Assembly: GCA_041686025.1 (NCBI GenBank)
Contig: JAWLEP010000001.1
Location: 65,121 to 129,120, forward strand
Length of the DNA stretch: 64,000 bases
Direction of reading: 5' to 3'
Source: Candidatus Fermentibacteraceae bacterium
GTDB lineage: Bacteria; Fermentibacterota; Fermentibacteria; Fermentibacterales; JCC-6
Shown here: positions 20,335 through 30,413 of the stretch, one piece after another
Layout of the letters: each line of letters begins with the position of its first letter
Position numbering within the stretch: position 1 is the first letter of the stretch
Translations under genes and position numbers: made by a program
The notes under the pieces: generated by a model
What the model saw: only the letters and a program-made list of their open reading frames with translations
The model's database searches: none
What the model was told of the DNA's origin: nothing

Positions 20335-20850
20335 ATAGGGAAGAAGACGCGGGTAAACGGCGACATAAGGGCCCCTGAGGTCAGACTTATCGATGAGGAA
20401 GGCGAGCACGTAGGTGTGGTTCCCATAAGGGAGGCGCTTGACAGGGCATCCGAAGCCGGTCAGGACCTCGTGGAGATCTCACCCGGGGCAAAGCCGCCGG
20501 TAGCCCGGATCATGGACTACGGCAAGTTCCAGTACCGACAGAGCAGAAAGGCGAGGAAGGCTCGAAAGAGCCAGCAGAAGGGCGGCCTGAAGGAGGTCAA
20601 GTTCCGTCCCAACACGGACGACCATGACTACGACTTCAAGATGCGCCACGCCCGCGACTTCCTGCAGGACCGCCACAAGGTCAAGGCCACGGTGGTCTTC
20701 CGGGGGCGGCAGCTGGTTTACAAGAGTCAGGGATACGATCTTCTGGAGAGGCTGGCGTCGGACCTGGAGGACCTGGGCAAGATAGAGCGCAAGCCGGTCC
20801 TCGAGGGCAAGCTTCTCACCATGATCGTCTCGCCACGCAAGGAGAGATGA
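20335..20850 (+). CDS. infC: Translation initiation factor IF-3 (ATA start)
   Basis: [48 protein letters not shown] 8 nt before ATA; in-frame TAG at 20326. Confidence 0.95.
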   Translation: MGKKTRVNGDIRAPEVRLIDEEGEHVGVVPIREALDRASEAGQDLVEISPGAKPPVARIMDYGKFQYRQSRKARKARKSQQKGGLKEVKFRPNTDDHDYDFKMRHARDFLQDRHKVKATVVFRGRQLVYKSQGYDLLERLASDLEDLGKIERKPVLEGKLLTMIVSPRKER

Positions 20851-20861
20851 CGGGAGCGGAA

Positions 20862-21053
20862 ATGCCTAAGATGAAGACCCACAAGGGTGCGGCAAAGCGG
20901 ATGAAGAAGACCGGCACCGGGAAGATCAAGATCTACCATTCCCACGCCGGCCACATCCAGACCAAGAAGAACAGCTCGCGGAAGCGCAAGCTCCGCCAGA
21001 GCGGAATAGCGTCGAAACCGGACACCAAGAGACTGAAGAAGCTGCTGCCCTAG
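20862..21053 (+). CDS. rpmI: 50S ribosomal protein L35
   Basis: [21 protein letters not shown]. Confidence 0.96.
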   Translation: MPKMKTHKGAAKRMKKTGTGKIKIYHSHAGHIQTKKNSSRKRKLRQSGIASKPDTKRLKKLLP

Positions 21054-21089
21054 GGACAGCCGTCCCGGGAGCAGCCGTCGGGAGAGATC

Positions 21090-21449
21090 ATGAGCAGAGC
21101 CAAGAGCGCAGTAATCAGGAAGAAGCGTCACAAGAAGGACCTGAAGGACGCCAAGGGCTACTACGGCGGCCGCAGGAAGCTCTACACCGTAGCCTCGGAG
21201 AGCGTGCGGAAGGCGCGTGAGTACCAGTACCGCGACCGGCGCAATCGCAAGCGCAGCTTCCGCCGTCTGTGGATAACCAGGATAAACGCCGCGGCCCGGC
21301 AGAACGGGATGCGCTACAGCCAGCTGATCGGCGGGCTGAAGAAGGCGGGCGTGGAGCTGGACCGGAAGATCCTGGCGGACATGGCGGTGAGAGACCCCGA
21401 AGCGTTCTCCAGGGTCGTGGACGTGGCCAGGGCCGGACTGGAGGGCTGA
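21090..21449 (+). CDS. rplT: 50S ribosomal protein L20
   Basis: [30 protein letters not shown]. Confidence 0.97.
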   Translation: MSRAKSAVIRKKRHKKDLKDAKGYYGGRRKLYTVASESVRKAREYQYRDRRNRKRSFRRLWITRINAAARQNGMRYSQLIGGLKKAGVELDRKILADMAVRDPEAFSRVVDVARAGLEG

Positions 21450-21501
21450 TGCCCCGGTCCCGGCAGCGGGAACGTTTTCGGCCGGGGATGGCTAGTAGAC
21501 A

Positions 21502-21774
21502 ATGAATGGCGAAGGCGATCTGGAGCGGTTGACCGAGGCCGTTGATCGTCTGATTGTTAAGCTGGAAGACCTGAGGGGCCAGAGGAACACTCTGGCCGGT
21601 AGGGTCGAGGAACTCGAGAAGAGCCTGGAGACCCAGGCGACGCAGGCGGACCCGGAGGGGTACAACCTGCTCCGGATCCACAGTGCCCGGCTCCTGCGTG
21701 AGCGCAAGGAGATCGGGCGTCGCCTGAGAGAGGTGCTGGAGAAGCTGGAAAAGCTGCAGCAGCGGCTGAGGTAG
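21502..21774 (+). CDS. Small coiled-coil protein, ZapB-like
   Basis: 90-aa heptad-rich ORF directly before zapA. Confidence 0.6.
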   Translation: MNGEGDLERLTEAVDRLIVKLEDLRGQRNTLAGRVEELEKSLETQATQADPEGYNLLRIHSARLLRERKEIGRRLREVLEKLEKLQQRLR

Positions 21775-21777
21775 CAA

Positions 21778-22188
21778 TTGAGCGATCGACCGACAAATGT
21801 ACGGGTCAACATATACGGTCGAGAGTATTCCATAAGGGGTGAGGGCGACCCCTCATACGTTTCGGAGATCGCCCACTACGTGGACATGAAGATGCGCCAG
21901 ATGACCGATAACATCACCATGGCATCTTCTGCGAAGGTAGCCATTCTCGCCGCCCTGAACATTACCGATGAGCTCTTTCAGAAGGAGAGGCAGCTCAAGG
22001 AGCTCGAGGAGGGACACGGGAAGGCCCTCGCCCGTCTGGCCGACCGAATCGAGGAGGCCATAGACGGTTCCGCACAGCCCACCTCCGCCGCAGAGACCCC
22101 GCAGCCCGAAAGGTCCTCCCGCACCGCGGAGGACGCAGTGCACTCCGGAACCTCGGCAGGAAGCGGCTCCAGGCAGCGCTCGGAGTAA
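21778..22188 (+). CDS. zapA: Cell division protein ZapA
   Basis: VNIYGREYSI, IAHYVDMKM, KVAILAALNITDEL; low-complexity C-tail; TTG start. Confidence 0.9.
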   Translation: MSDRPTNVRVNIYGREYSIRGEGDPSYVSEIAHYVDMKMRQMTDNITMASSAKVAILAALNITDELFQKERQLKELEEGHGKALARLADRIEEAIDGSAQPTSAAETPQPERSSRTAEDAVHSGTSAGSGSRQRSE

Positions 22189-22292
22189 TACCTGCAGGCC
22201 GCCCCTCGCCGGGGTCGGCGCAGGCCCCAGACCGAGCCGGGGGCAAGCCTGCATTGTAATAGATGAGCACTGCGCCTTGAAGGGGAGCAGTT

Positions 22293-23843
22293 ATGCATCC
22301 GGTTATCTGCATCGGCCTGGGAGTGGTTGCGTTCCTCCTGGGCTTTTTTCTGCATAAACTCCTTGTAAGCAAGGAGATAGGCGGCGCCAAGAAGGAATCG
22401 AGCAGGATACTGGGGGAGGCCCGCAGGGAGGCCGAGGCCCTCCGCAAGGAGGCCATTCTCGAGGGGCGGGACCTGGTGTCCCGGGAGAAGGCGGCCGCGG
22501 CCGAGGAGAACCAGAAGGTCCGCCAGGACCTGGACGAGCGGGAGCGGCGCCTGGTCCGCATGGAGGAGAGGCTGGGCCGGCAGGGCGAGAACCTCGACCG
22601 GCGGGAGGCCACCCTCGAGGCCCAGAAGACGGACCTGGCGGAGAAGGAGCAGGCGCTACAGGCCAAGCACCAGCGGGTCAACCGCCTCATGGAGGAGCAG
22701 AACCGTCTGCTGGAGAAGCACGCGGGCCTCACCAGGAAGGAGGCCAGGAAGGTTCTGGTGGCCAACCTGGAGGAGGAGGCCCAGCTGGAGGCGGGCAGGC
22801 TCACCAGGAAGATCCTGGAGCAGGCGGAGCGGGAGGCCGATGACAGGGCCAACTGGATCCTCTCCACAGCCATACAGCGCTGCAGCGCAAACCACGTCAT
22901 GGAGAACTGCGTTTCCGTGGTGAACCTCCCCAGCGACGACATGAAGGGCCGGATAATCGGCCGGGAGGGCCGCAACATACGGTCATTCGAGGGCGCCACC
23001 GGAGTGGACGTGATCATCGACGATACCCCCGAGGCCATAGTCCTGTCCTGCTTCGATCCCGTCCGCAGAGAGGTGGCCCGCCAGTCCATGGAGAAGCTCA
23101 TCGCCGACGGCAGGATCCATCCCGGCCGCATCGAGTCGGTGGTGGAGAAGGCCAGCGCTGAGATGGAGAAGCAGACCAAGAAGCTGGGCAACGAGCTCTG
23201 CATGGAGGCCAACGTATCCGGCCTGCACCCCCAGCTCATACGTCATCTCGGCCGCCTGCGCTACCGGACGAGCTACGGGCAGAACATGTACCAGCACTCC
23301 CTGGAGGTGGCGCACATATCCGGCCTGATCGCCTCCGAGCTGAAGCTGGACGCCTCCGTGGCCCGCAGGGCCGGGGTGCTCCACGACATCGGCAAGGCCA
23401 CCGACCAGGAGGTGGAGGGCTCCCACGCCCAGGTGGGCATGGAGCTGGCCAGGCGCTTCGACGAGTCACCCCTGGTCTGCAACGCCATAGGTGCCCACCA
23501 CGAGGAGGTGGAGCCGGAGTCCCTCTACGCCCTGATAGTGCAGGCGGCCGACGCGGTGAGCGGCGCCCGCCCCGGAGCGCGCCGGGAGACCCTGGAACGG
23601 TACGTGCGCAGGCTGCACCGGCTGGAGGCGCTGGCGGACGGCTTCGACGGAGTCAGCAAGTCCTACGCCATCCAGGCCGGCAGGGAGCTGCGGATAGCCG
23701 TGCGGCCGGAGTCGGTGGACGACGGCGGTGCCGCGGACCTGGCCCGGATGGTGGCCCGCAGGATCGAGCGGGACATGGAGTACCCGGGACAGATCAAGGT
23801 CACCGTGATCCGCGAGGTCCGGGCTGCGGAGACGGCGCGCTAG
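22293..23843 (+). CDS. rny: Ribonuclease Y
   Basis: TM anchor, coiled coil, KH MKGRIIGREGRNIR, HD domain LHDIGK. Confidence 0.97.
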   Translation: MHPVICIGLGVVAFLLGFFLHKLLVSKEIGGAKKESSRILGEARREAEALRKEAILEGRDLVSREKAAAAEENQKVRQDLDERERRLVRMEERLGRQGENLDRREATLEAQKTDLAEKEQALQAKHQRVNRLMEEQNRLLEKHAGLTRKEARKVLVANLEEEAQLEAGRLTRKILEQAEREADDRANWILSTAIQRCSANHVMENCVSVVNLPSDDMKGRIIGREGRNIRSFEGATGVDVIIDDTPEAIVLSCFDPVRREVARQSMEKLIADGRIHPGRIESVVEKASAEMEKQTKKLGNELCMEANVSGLHPQLIRHLGRLRYRTSYGQNMYQHSLEVAHISGLIASELKLDASVARRAGVLHDIGKATDQEVEGSHAQVGMELARRFDESPLVCNAIGAHHEEVEPESLYALIVQAADAVSGARPGARRETLERYVRRLHRLEALADGFDGVSKSYAIQAGRELRIAVRPESVDDGGAADLARMVARRIERDMEYPGQIKVTVIREVRAAETAR

Positions 23844-23844
23844 C

Positions 23845-24609
23845 TTGAAGCTCCTTCTGCTGGGGGATCTGGTTGGAAGGCCCGGACGGCAGGCGGTCAC
23901 CTCGTACCTGGAGGGGGCCGACTTCGATCTGGTAATTGTCAACGGCGAGAACGCGGCGGGGGGATTCGGCATCACCCCCAAGATCGCCAGGTCGCTTCAG
24001 AAGGCCGGCGTGGACGTCATCACCTCCGGCAACCACATATGGGCCTGCCGGGAGATATTCCCCGTGCTGGAGGACTACTCGGCCCACGTCCTCCGGCCCG
24101 CCAACGTGCCGGCGGGCAACCCCGGCCGCGGATGGACCATGGTGGAGGCGGGGGGGCTGGACGTCCTGGTGGTCAACCTGCAGGGCCGGGTGTTCATGAA
24201 CAGCAGCGCCTCCTGCCCCTTCCGGGAGGCGGACCGGATAATCGCCGCCCGACAGCCGGACGTGACGGTGGTGGACTTCCACGCCGAGGCCACCAGCGAG
24301 AAGCAGGCCATGGGCTTCCACCTGGACGGAAGAGCCACCGTCCTGGCCGGCACCCACACCCACGTGCTCACCGCCGACGACCGCCTGCTCCCGAATGGGA
24401 CCCTCTACATATCCGACCTGGGCATGTGCGGCTGCCAGCGGGGAATAATAGGAATGGACCCGGAGGCCTCCATGGAGAGGCTTCTCCTGGGCAGGCCTGG
24501 CAGGCTGAAGGTGGCGGAAGCCGGCGGTCGCATGGTTAACGGCATATCGGTGGAGGTATCTTCGGAGGGCAGGGCAGTCGGCTGGGAGGTCATCAATGAG
24601 CGCCTCTGA
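23845..24609 (+). CDS. ymdB: YmdB-like metallophosphoesterase (TIGR00282 type)
   Basis: GDLVG, NGENAAGGFG, TSGNH, DFHAEATSEK, GTHTHV. Confidence 0.93.
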   Translation: MKLLLLGDLVGRPGRQAVTSYLEGADFDLVIVNGENAAGGFGITPKIARSLQKAGVDVITSGNHIWACREIFPVLEDYSAHVLRPANVPAGNPGRGWTMVEAGGLDVLVVNLQGRVFMNSSASCPFREADRIIAARQPDVTVVDFHAEATSEKQAMGFHLDGRATVLAGTHTHVLTADDRLLPNGTLYISDLGMCGCQRGIIGMDPEASMERLLLGRPGRLKVAEAGGRMVNGISVEVSSEGRAVGWEVINERL

Positions 24610-25486
24610 CGGTGCGGCGCTGAGGGAGTCGCTGCGCCGCGGCGCGGACTGGGTGGAGGCGAGGCTCAGGGCGCTGCCGGTGATGGAGGAGGACCAGTCG
24701 GGCCTGGCGTCCCACGCCGCATACTCACTGCATGCCGGAGGAAAGAGGGTTCGCCCCTTCCTGGTCCGCAGCGCCTGCTCCGCGGTGGGGGGGCCGGCCG
24801 ACGCCGCCATTCACGCCGCCGCCGCCGTGGAGATGGTGCACACCTACTCGCTGGTCCACGACGACCTTCCCCAGATGGACGACGACGACCTGCGCCGGGG
24901 GCTCCCCACGCTGCACCGGCGGGCCGGGACCAGGCAGGCGCTCCTGGCGGGCGACCTGCTTCTGGTGGAGGCCTTCCGGGAGCTGGCCAGGACCGAGCTG
25001 GCGGAGAGCCTGGTGGCCCTGATGTGCCGGAGGCTGGCCGTGGCCGCCGGGCCGTCATACCTTGTAGGGGGCCAGGTGATGGACATGTTCCCACCCGAAG
25101 AGCCGGACCTGGCCTGGATGGACCGGATGATCGGGGGCAAGACCGCGGCCATGATAAGGGTCTCCCTGGAGCTGGGCGCTCTGGCGGGGGGCATGGACCC
25201 CGACGGGCTGGAGCCGCTCTCCGGGGCGGGGGACAGGCTGGGCTTCGTCTTCCAGCTCACCGACGACCTGCTGGATGTCACCGGCACGGAGGCGGAGATG
25301 GGCAAGGTCGTAGCCAAGGACGCAGGGATGGGCAAGGCCAACTACGTCACGGTGCACGGCCCCGACAGGGCAAGGGAGCTGGCCCGGGACGAGGCGGCGG
25401 AGACGGCGGAGATGCTCCGCCGGCTGCCGGGAGACTGGTCGGAGGTGGCCGGACTGGCCCTGTTCCTGCCGGAGAGGAGGAGCTAG
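24596..25486 (+). CDS. ispA: Polyprenyl synthetase (geranyltranstransferase)
   Basis: GGKRVRP, HDDLPQMDDDDLRRG, FQLTDDLLD. Confidence 0.92.
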   Translation: MSASDGAALRESLRRGADWVEARLRALPVMEEDQSGLASHAAYSLHAGGKRVRPFLVRSACSAVGGPADAAIHAAAAVEMVHTYSLVHDDLPQMDDDDLRRGLPTLHRRAGTRQALLAGDLLLVEAFRELARTELAESLVALMCRRLAVAAGPSYLVGGQVMDMFPPEEPDLAWMDRMIGGKTAAMIRVSLELGALAGGMDPDGLEPLSGAGDRLGFVFQLTDDLLDVTGTEAEMGKVVAKDAGMGKANYVTVHGPDRARELARDEAAETAEMLRRLPGDWSEVAGLALFLPERRS

Positions 25487-27330
25487 TGGCCGAGATACTG
25501 GACGGGATCACCTGTCCCGCCGACGTCAGGGACCTCTCCATAGAGCAGCGGGTGCAGCTGGCCGACGAGGTCCGGGAGAGGATCGTGGACGTGGTCTGCT
25601 CCACCGGCGGCCATCTGGCCTCCAACCTGGGGGTCGTGGAGCTCACCGTAGCCCTCCTCTCGGTCTACAGACCCCCCGAGGACAAGATAATCTGGGACGT
25701 TGGCCACCAGTGCTACCCCTACAAGCTGCTCACGGGGAGGTGCAGGGCCTTTCCCACCGTCAGGCAGGCCGGCGGGCTCAGCGGCTTCCCCAAGCGCAGC
25801 GAGAGCGATTTCGACGCCTTCGGGGCCGGCCACAGCTCCACCTCCATCTCCGCCGCGCTGGGCTTCGCCCGGGCCCGTGACCTCGCCGGCCGGAGCGAGA
25901 AGGTGGTGGCGGTGATAGGCGACGGCGCCATGAGCGCGGGGATGGCCCTGGAGGGGCTGAACAACCTGGGCCACAGCAACACCGACATGACCGTGATCCT
26001 CAACGACAACAAGATGTCCATCTCCCGGAACGTGGGGGGGCTGTCGCGATACCTGGCCCGCATACTCACCGACAGCACCTACAACCGCATGCGCGAAGAG
26101 GTATGGAACCTGCTGGGAAAGATCCCCTCCCTGGGCGAGCGGATGCGGAGAGCGGCCCACGTGGTGGGGGCGGGCCTGAAGAAGGGGCTGGTGGCCCCGG
26201 CCACCATATTCGACGAGTTCGGCGTCCGCTACATAGGCCCCCTTCCCGGCCACGACCTGCCCCTGCTCACCGGTGTGCTCCAGCGGGTGGCCGAGCTTCG
26301 GGGACCGGTCCTGGTGCACGTGATCACCAGGAAGGGCAAGGGATACAGTCCCGCCGAGGAGGACGCCACCGGCTTCCACGGCGTCTCGGGGGAGCAGACC
26401 CCGGGGGAGGACGGCGAGAAGTTCACCGACGCCTTCGCCGACGAGATGGTAAAGCTGGGCGAGGAGAACGGCCGCGTCTGCGCCATCACGGCCGCCATGC
26501 CCGACGGCACCGGACTGACAGGATTCGGCGAACGCTTTCCCCGCCGGTTCTTCGACGTGGGCATCGCCGAGCAGCACGCCGTCACCTTCGCATGCGGCCT
26601 GGCCTTCGGCGGCATGAAGCCGGTGGCCGCCATCTACAGCACCTTCATGCAGAGGGCGGTGGACCAGGTGATCCACGACGCGGCGCTCCAGCGGGCCCCG
26701 GTGGTGATAGCCATGGACCGCGCCGGGCTGGTGGGGGCCGACGGCCCCACCCATCACGGCGCATTCGACATACCCCTGTTCCGCTGCATACCCGACCTGA
26801 GGATACTGGCCCCCAGGGACTGCGCCATGCTGAGGCTGGCCCTGAGGAAGGCCGTCGAGTTCGAGGAGTCGCCTACGCTGCTTCGGTATCCCCGGGGCCG
26901 GGAACGGATCTGCCCCCCTCCTCCGGAGGGGATCTCCCCGGGTGCCGGACAGCTGCTGCGGGAGGGCTCGGATGCCCTGGTGGTGGCCGTGGGGGTCATG
27001 GTTCCCGACGCGCTGGAGGCTGCGGAGAGGCTGGCCGGGGAGGGGATCGAGGCAGCGGTCTACGATCCCATCTGGCTGAAACCCCTTCCCCTGGAGGAGA
27101 TAGCTGCCGCGGCCGGGGGCCTTCCGGTGGTCACCGCCGAGGAGGGGGCCGCTTCCGGCGGCACGGGCGAGGAGATAGCCGCCGCCCTGTGCGGGAAGGG
27201 ACGGGTCCGGGTCATGGGACTTCCGGACGGCTTCCAGCCCCACGGGTCGCGGGAGCAGCTCCTGAGGCAGGTCCGTCTGGGGGTGGAGGACATAGCAGCG
27301 GCGGTGCGCGGCGCCGTGGGAGGTGGGTAG
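25486..27330 (+). CDS. dxs: 1-deoxy-D-xylulose-5-phosphate synthase
   Basis: GGHLASNLGVVELT, WDVGHQ, GDGAM, DVGIAEQHA, DGPTHHG; GTG start overlapping ispA stop. Confidence 0.97.
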   Translation: MAEILDGITCPADVRDLSIEQRVQLADEVRERIVDVVCSTGGHLASNLGVVELTVALLSVYRPPEDKIIWDVGHQCYPYKLLTGRCRAFPTVRQAGGLSGFPKRSESDFDAFGAGHSSTSISAALGFARARDLAGRSEKVVAVIGDGAMSAGMALEGLNNLGHSNTDMTVILNDNKMSISRNVGGLSRYLARILTDSTYNRMREEVWNLLGKIPSLGERMRRAAHVVGAGLKKGLVAPATIFDEFGVRYIGPLPGHDLPLLTGVLQRVAELRGPVLVHVITRKGKGYSPAEEDATGFHGVSGEQTPGEDGEKFTDAFADEMVKLGEENGRVCAITAAMPDGTGLTGFGERFPRRFFDVGIAEQHAVTFACGLAFGGMKPVAAIYSTFMQRAVDQVIHDAALQRAPVVIAMDRAGLVGADGPTHHGAFDIPLFRCIPDLRILAPRDCAMLRLALRKAVEFEESPTLLRYPRGRERICPPPPEGISPGAGQLLREGSDALVVAVGVMVPDALEAAERLAGEGIEAAVYDPIWLKPLPLEEIAAAAGGLPVVTAEEGAASGGTGEEIAAALCGKGRVRVMGLPDGFQPHGSREQLLRQVRLGVEDIAAAVRGAVGGG

Positions 27331-28201
27331 CATGGAGGAGGCCTCAGGAAGGGGTCCGGCCGTCAGCAGGGTATCCCTGTACGTGGACAGCTTCAGCCCC
27401 CCCTACTCCAGGATGGTGAAGAGCCTGATCCAGAGAGCCGAAGAAGCCGGGCTGGAGGTCCTGGTCTCCACCTCTTCGGCAGCTGTGCTGGAGGAGTACG
27501 GCCTGGAGACCGGAGACGCCGCCGACGTGGGCCTGGTGCTGGGAGGAGACGGCACCATTCTGCGCGGCATGGACTTCTACCGCGGGCGGGACATGCCCGT
27601 TCTGGGGATAAACACCGGTCATCTGGGATTCCTGGCGTCCGCCGAGCTGGAGGACATCGGCCAGGCCCTGCTGTGGCTGGCGGAGGGCAGCTACGGCATT
27701 GAGGAGCTCCCCGTCCTCAGCGCCCTGATGCCCAGCGGCCAGCGGCTGACGGCGGTCAACGACTTCTGCGTGAACCGCTCCATGATGGGGGGCATCCTCC
27801 ACTTCCGGGTGGACGTGGAGCGGGAGCCCGTAGCCCGGGTGGCGGGGGACGGGCTGGTGATCGCCACCCCCCTGGGCTCAACGGCCTACGCCCTCTCCGC
27901 CGGGGGGCCGATCATGGACCCGGAGATCCCGGGGATACTCATCGTGGCCATCTGTCCCCATCAGATATCCATCCGCCCCATCGTTGTGCCGCGGTGGGCC
28001 ACCGTGGACGTCGCCGTGGACGGGCTGCGGGGCGCCGGCCCCTTCGTGAGCGCCGACGGCAAGCCCCTGGGCAGCCTGCAGGCGGGCCAGCGCCTGCGGG
28101 TCGGCACCGCAGAGCAGGTCTGCAGGGTGGTCCGATTCAAGAAGAAGAACGACTACTACAGCCGGCTGGGCAGGAAGCTGGGCTGGGGGGTGAGGGGCTG
28201 A
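27323..28201 (+). CDS. nadK: NAD kinase
   Basis: LGGDGT, GINTGHLGFL, DGLVIATPLGSTAYALSAGGP. Confidence 0.94.
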   Translation: MGSMEEASGRGPAVSRVSLYVDSFSPPYSRMVKSLIQRAEEAGLEVLVSTSSAAVLEEYGLETGDAADVGLVLGGDGTILRGMDFYRGRDMPVLGINTGHLGFLASAELEDIGQALLWLAEGSYGIEELPVLSALMPSGQRLTAVNDFCVNRSMMGGILHFRVDVEREPVARVAGDGLVIATPLGSTAYALSAGGPIMDPEIPGILIVAICPHQISIRPIVVPRWATVDVAVDGLRGAGPFVSADGKPLGSLQAGQRLRVGTAEQVCRVVRFKKKNDYYSRLGRKLGWGVRG

Positions 28202-28202
28202 G

Positions 28203-29837
28203 ATGCTTTCCCGCCTCAGCCTCCGCAACCTGGCCACCATCAGCGACACCACACTCGAGCTGACCCCCGGACTGAACGTTCTCACCGGAGAGACCGGAGC
28301 CGGCAAGTCCATACTGGTGGACGGGCTGCTGCTGGCCCTGGGCACCCGGGCTGACACCGCCCTGGTCCGCCCCGGGGAGCGGCTGGCCAGCGTGGAGGCC
28401 CACTTCCTCGGGGACGACGGGGGGGAGACCATCGTCCGCAGGGAGGTCTACGCCGCCGGCCGCAGCAGGATGTTCTGCGACGACCAGCTCTGCACGCTGG
28501 AGGAGGCCAGGGGCCGGGTGGGCCAGCTGGTGGACCTGCACTCGCAGCGTTCCACCCCCGCCCTCCTGTCCCGCAGGACCCAGCAGAGGTGGCTGGACGA
28601 GATGGCCGGCGCCGGCGAGCTGGCCGGGGACGTGGCGGAGCTGTTCGGCCGCTACCGGCAGCGGGACCGCCGCCGCGGGGAGCTGGAGCACCTGCTGGCG
28701 GGCCTTGCCGGGGAGAGGGAGCTCCTGGAGGAGGAGCTGGCGGAGATAGAGGAGACCGACCCCACCGAGGAGGAGTACAGGGAGCTGATGGAGGAGCGGC
28801 GGAGCCTGCGTGAGCTGGCCGAGATGGCCGACACGCTCTCCGGCGCCTCGGAGGCCCTCGCCGGCGAGGAGGAGAGCCTGTCCTCGGCGGTGCGGGACGT
28901 GCAGCGGCGGCTGGCCTCCCTGGGTGAGCGGGGGGCCCAGGCGGCGGAGCTGCTGGAGCAGGCGGCCATAGGCATGGACGAGGCCGCCGCCCTCTGCGAC
29001 GGCCTGATCGAGGACGTGGAGGAGGCGCCCTGGCGCCTGGAGGAGCTGGACCGGAGGCTGGACCGCTACTCCCGGCTTCTCACCAGGTGCGGCGGAAGCA
29101 TCGAGTCGCTCATGCGCAGGCGGGAGCAGCTGCAGACGCGGCTTCGGGAGATGACGGACATGGAGAGCGAGCTCTCGTCCCTGCGCAAGGAGCTGCCCCG
29201 CCTGGAGGGCGAGCTGCTGGAGGCGGCGCAGCGGCTGCGGGAGGCCCGGGCCGCCGCGGCGGAGCGCCTGGAGAGGCGGGTGGCCGACGAGATGGAGGGC
29301 CTGGGCATGCCGGACTCCACCTTCCGGGTGGAGATGCGAGAGCCCCAGCCTGCCCGGTCGGTGGAGACGGGGGAGCACCTGGTCTGCGCCGACGGGCTGG
29401 ATCTGCCCTCCTTTGTCTTCTCGGCCAACCCCGGCATGGAGCCGGGCCCGCTCTCCTCGGTGGCCAGCGGAGGGGAGCTGTCACGGCTGGCCCTGGCCCT
29501 CCGCCTGGCCCTGGCCGACGTCCGCGACCATCCCACCATGGCCTTCGACGAGATAGACGCCGGGGTGGGGGGGCGCACCGCACACCTGCTGGCCGAGTCC
29601 CTGGCCCGGGCGGCCGGCGGCGACAGGCAGATCCTGGTGATTACCCACCTGGCCCAGATAGCGGCCAGGGCCCGCAACCACCTGGCGGTGAGCAAGAGGG
29701 TGGAGTCGGGGATGCCGGTCACCGAGGTCCGGACCATGGAGGGTGAGCGGCGACTGGAGGAGCTGGCCCGGATACTGGGGGGCGGGGAGGCCGCCGTGGA
29801 GCACGCCAGGAGCATGCTGGATGGAGCGGACGCTTGA
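28203..29837 (+). CDS. recN: DNA repair protein RecN
   Basis: LTGETGAGKS, ASGGELSR, FDEIDAGVGG, ITHLAQIA. Confidence 0.96.
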   Translation: MLSRLSLRNLATISDTTLELTPGLNVLTGETGAGKSILVDGLLLALGTRADTALVRPGERLASVEAHFLGDDGGETIVRREVYAAGRSRMFCDDQLCTLEEARGRVGQLVDLHSQRSTPALLSRRTQQRWLDEMAGAGELAGDVAELFGRYRQRDRRRGELEHLLAGLAGERELLEEELAEIEETDPTEEEYRELMEERRSLRELAEMADTLSGASEALAGEEESLSSAVRDVQRRLASLGERGAQAAELLEQAAIGMDEAAALCDGLIEDVEEAPWRLEELDRRLDRYSRLLTRCGGSIESLMRRREQLQTRLREMTDMESELSSLRKELPRLEGELLEAAQRLREARAAAAERLERRVADEMEGLGMPDSTFRVEMREPQPARSVETGEHLVCADGLDLPSFVFSANPGMEPGPLSSVASGGELSRLALALRLALADVRDHPTMAFDEIDAGVGGRTAHLLAESLARAAGGDRQILVITHLAQIAARARNHLAVSKRVESGMPVTEVRTMEGERRLEELARILGGGEAAVEHARSMLDGADA

Positions 29838-30388
29838 GGCTGCGGGGCCCCTTCTGGGGCGTTGCCAACATGCTGAGCCTCTCCAGGATACCTCTGGCGC
29901 TGATGGCCTGCTGGTTCGTCTGGCGCGGCGACCCGGCGGCCACGGCCATGGCCATGCTGCTGGCGGTGGCCACCGACGCCCTGGACGGCTGGGTGGCCCG
30001 CAGAACCGGAACCGAGAGCGACTGGGGCCGCATACTCGATCCCCTGGCGGACAAGATCGCCTTCGCCGCCTTCCTGGTCTGTCTCACCCTTATGGGGCGG
30101 GTCCCCCTGTGGCTGGTCCTGGTGGTGGTGGGCCGGGACCTGCTCATCGCCGCCGGAGGCCTGGCCATTGTGGGAAGGCTGGGGAGGCCGCCTGCGTCCA
30201 ACATCTGGGGCAAGCTGGCCACCTGCGCGCTGGCCGCCTACCTGGCGAGGCAGGCCCTCTGGCCCTCCGGGGGCGTTCTGTGGGGCGCGGGGCCCCTGGG
30301 ACTGGCGGCCCTGGCCCTCGTTATCGTCAGCCTGATTGTTTACATTAGCACCTCTGTGAAGAGGCTCCGCAGCGGCGGAAGCCGTTAG
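29834..30388 (+). CDS. CDP-alcohol phosphatidyltransferase (PgsA-like)
   Basis: ANMLSLSR, TDALDGWVAR...GRILDPLADK. Confidence 0.9.
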   Translation: MRLRGPFWGVANMLSLSRIPLALMACWFVWRGDPAATAMAMLLAVATDALDGWVARRTGTESDWGRILDPLADKIAFAAFLVCLTLMGRVPLWLVLVVVGRDLLIAAGGLAIVGRLGRPPASNIWGKLATCALAAYLARQALWPSGGVLWGAGPLGLAALALVIVSLIVYISTSVKRLRSGGSR

Positions 30389-30413
30389 TCGGCCCGAACC
30401 GGGGGGATCCCGC

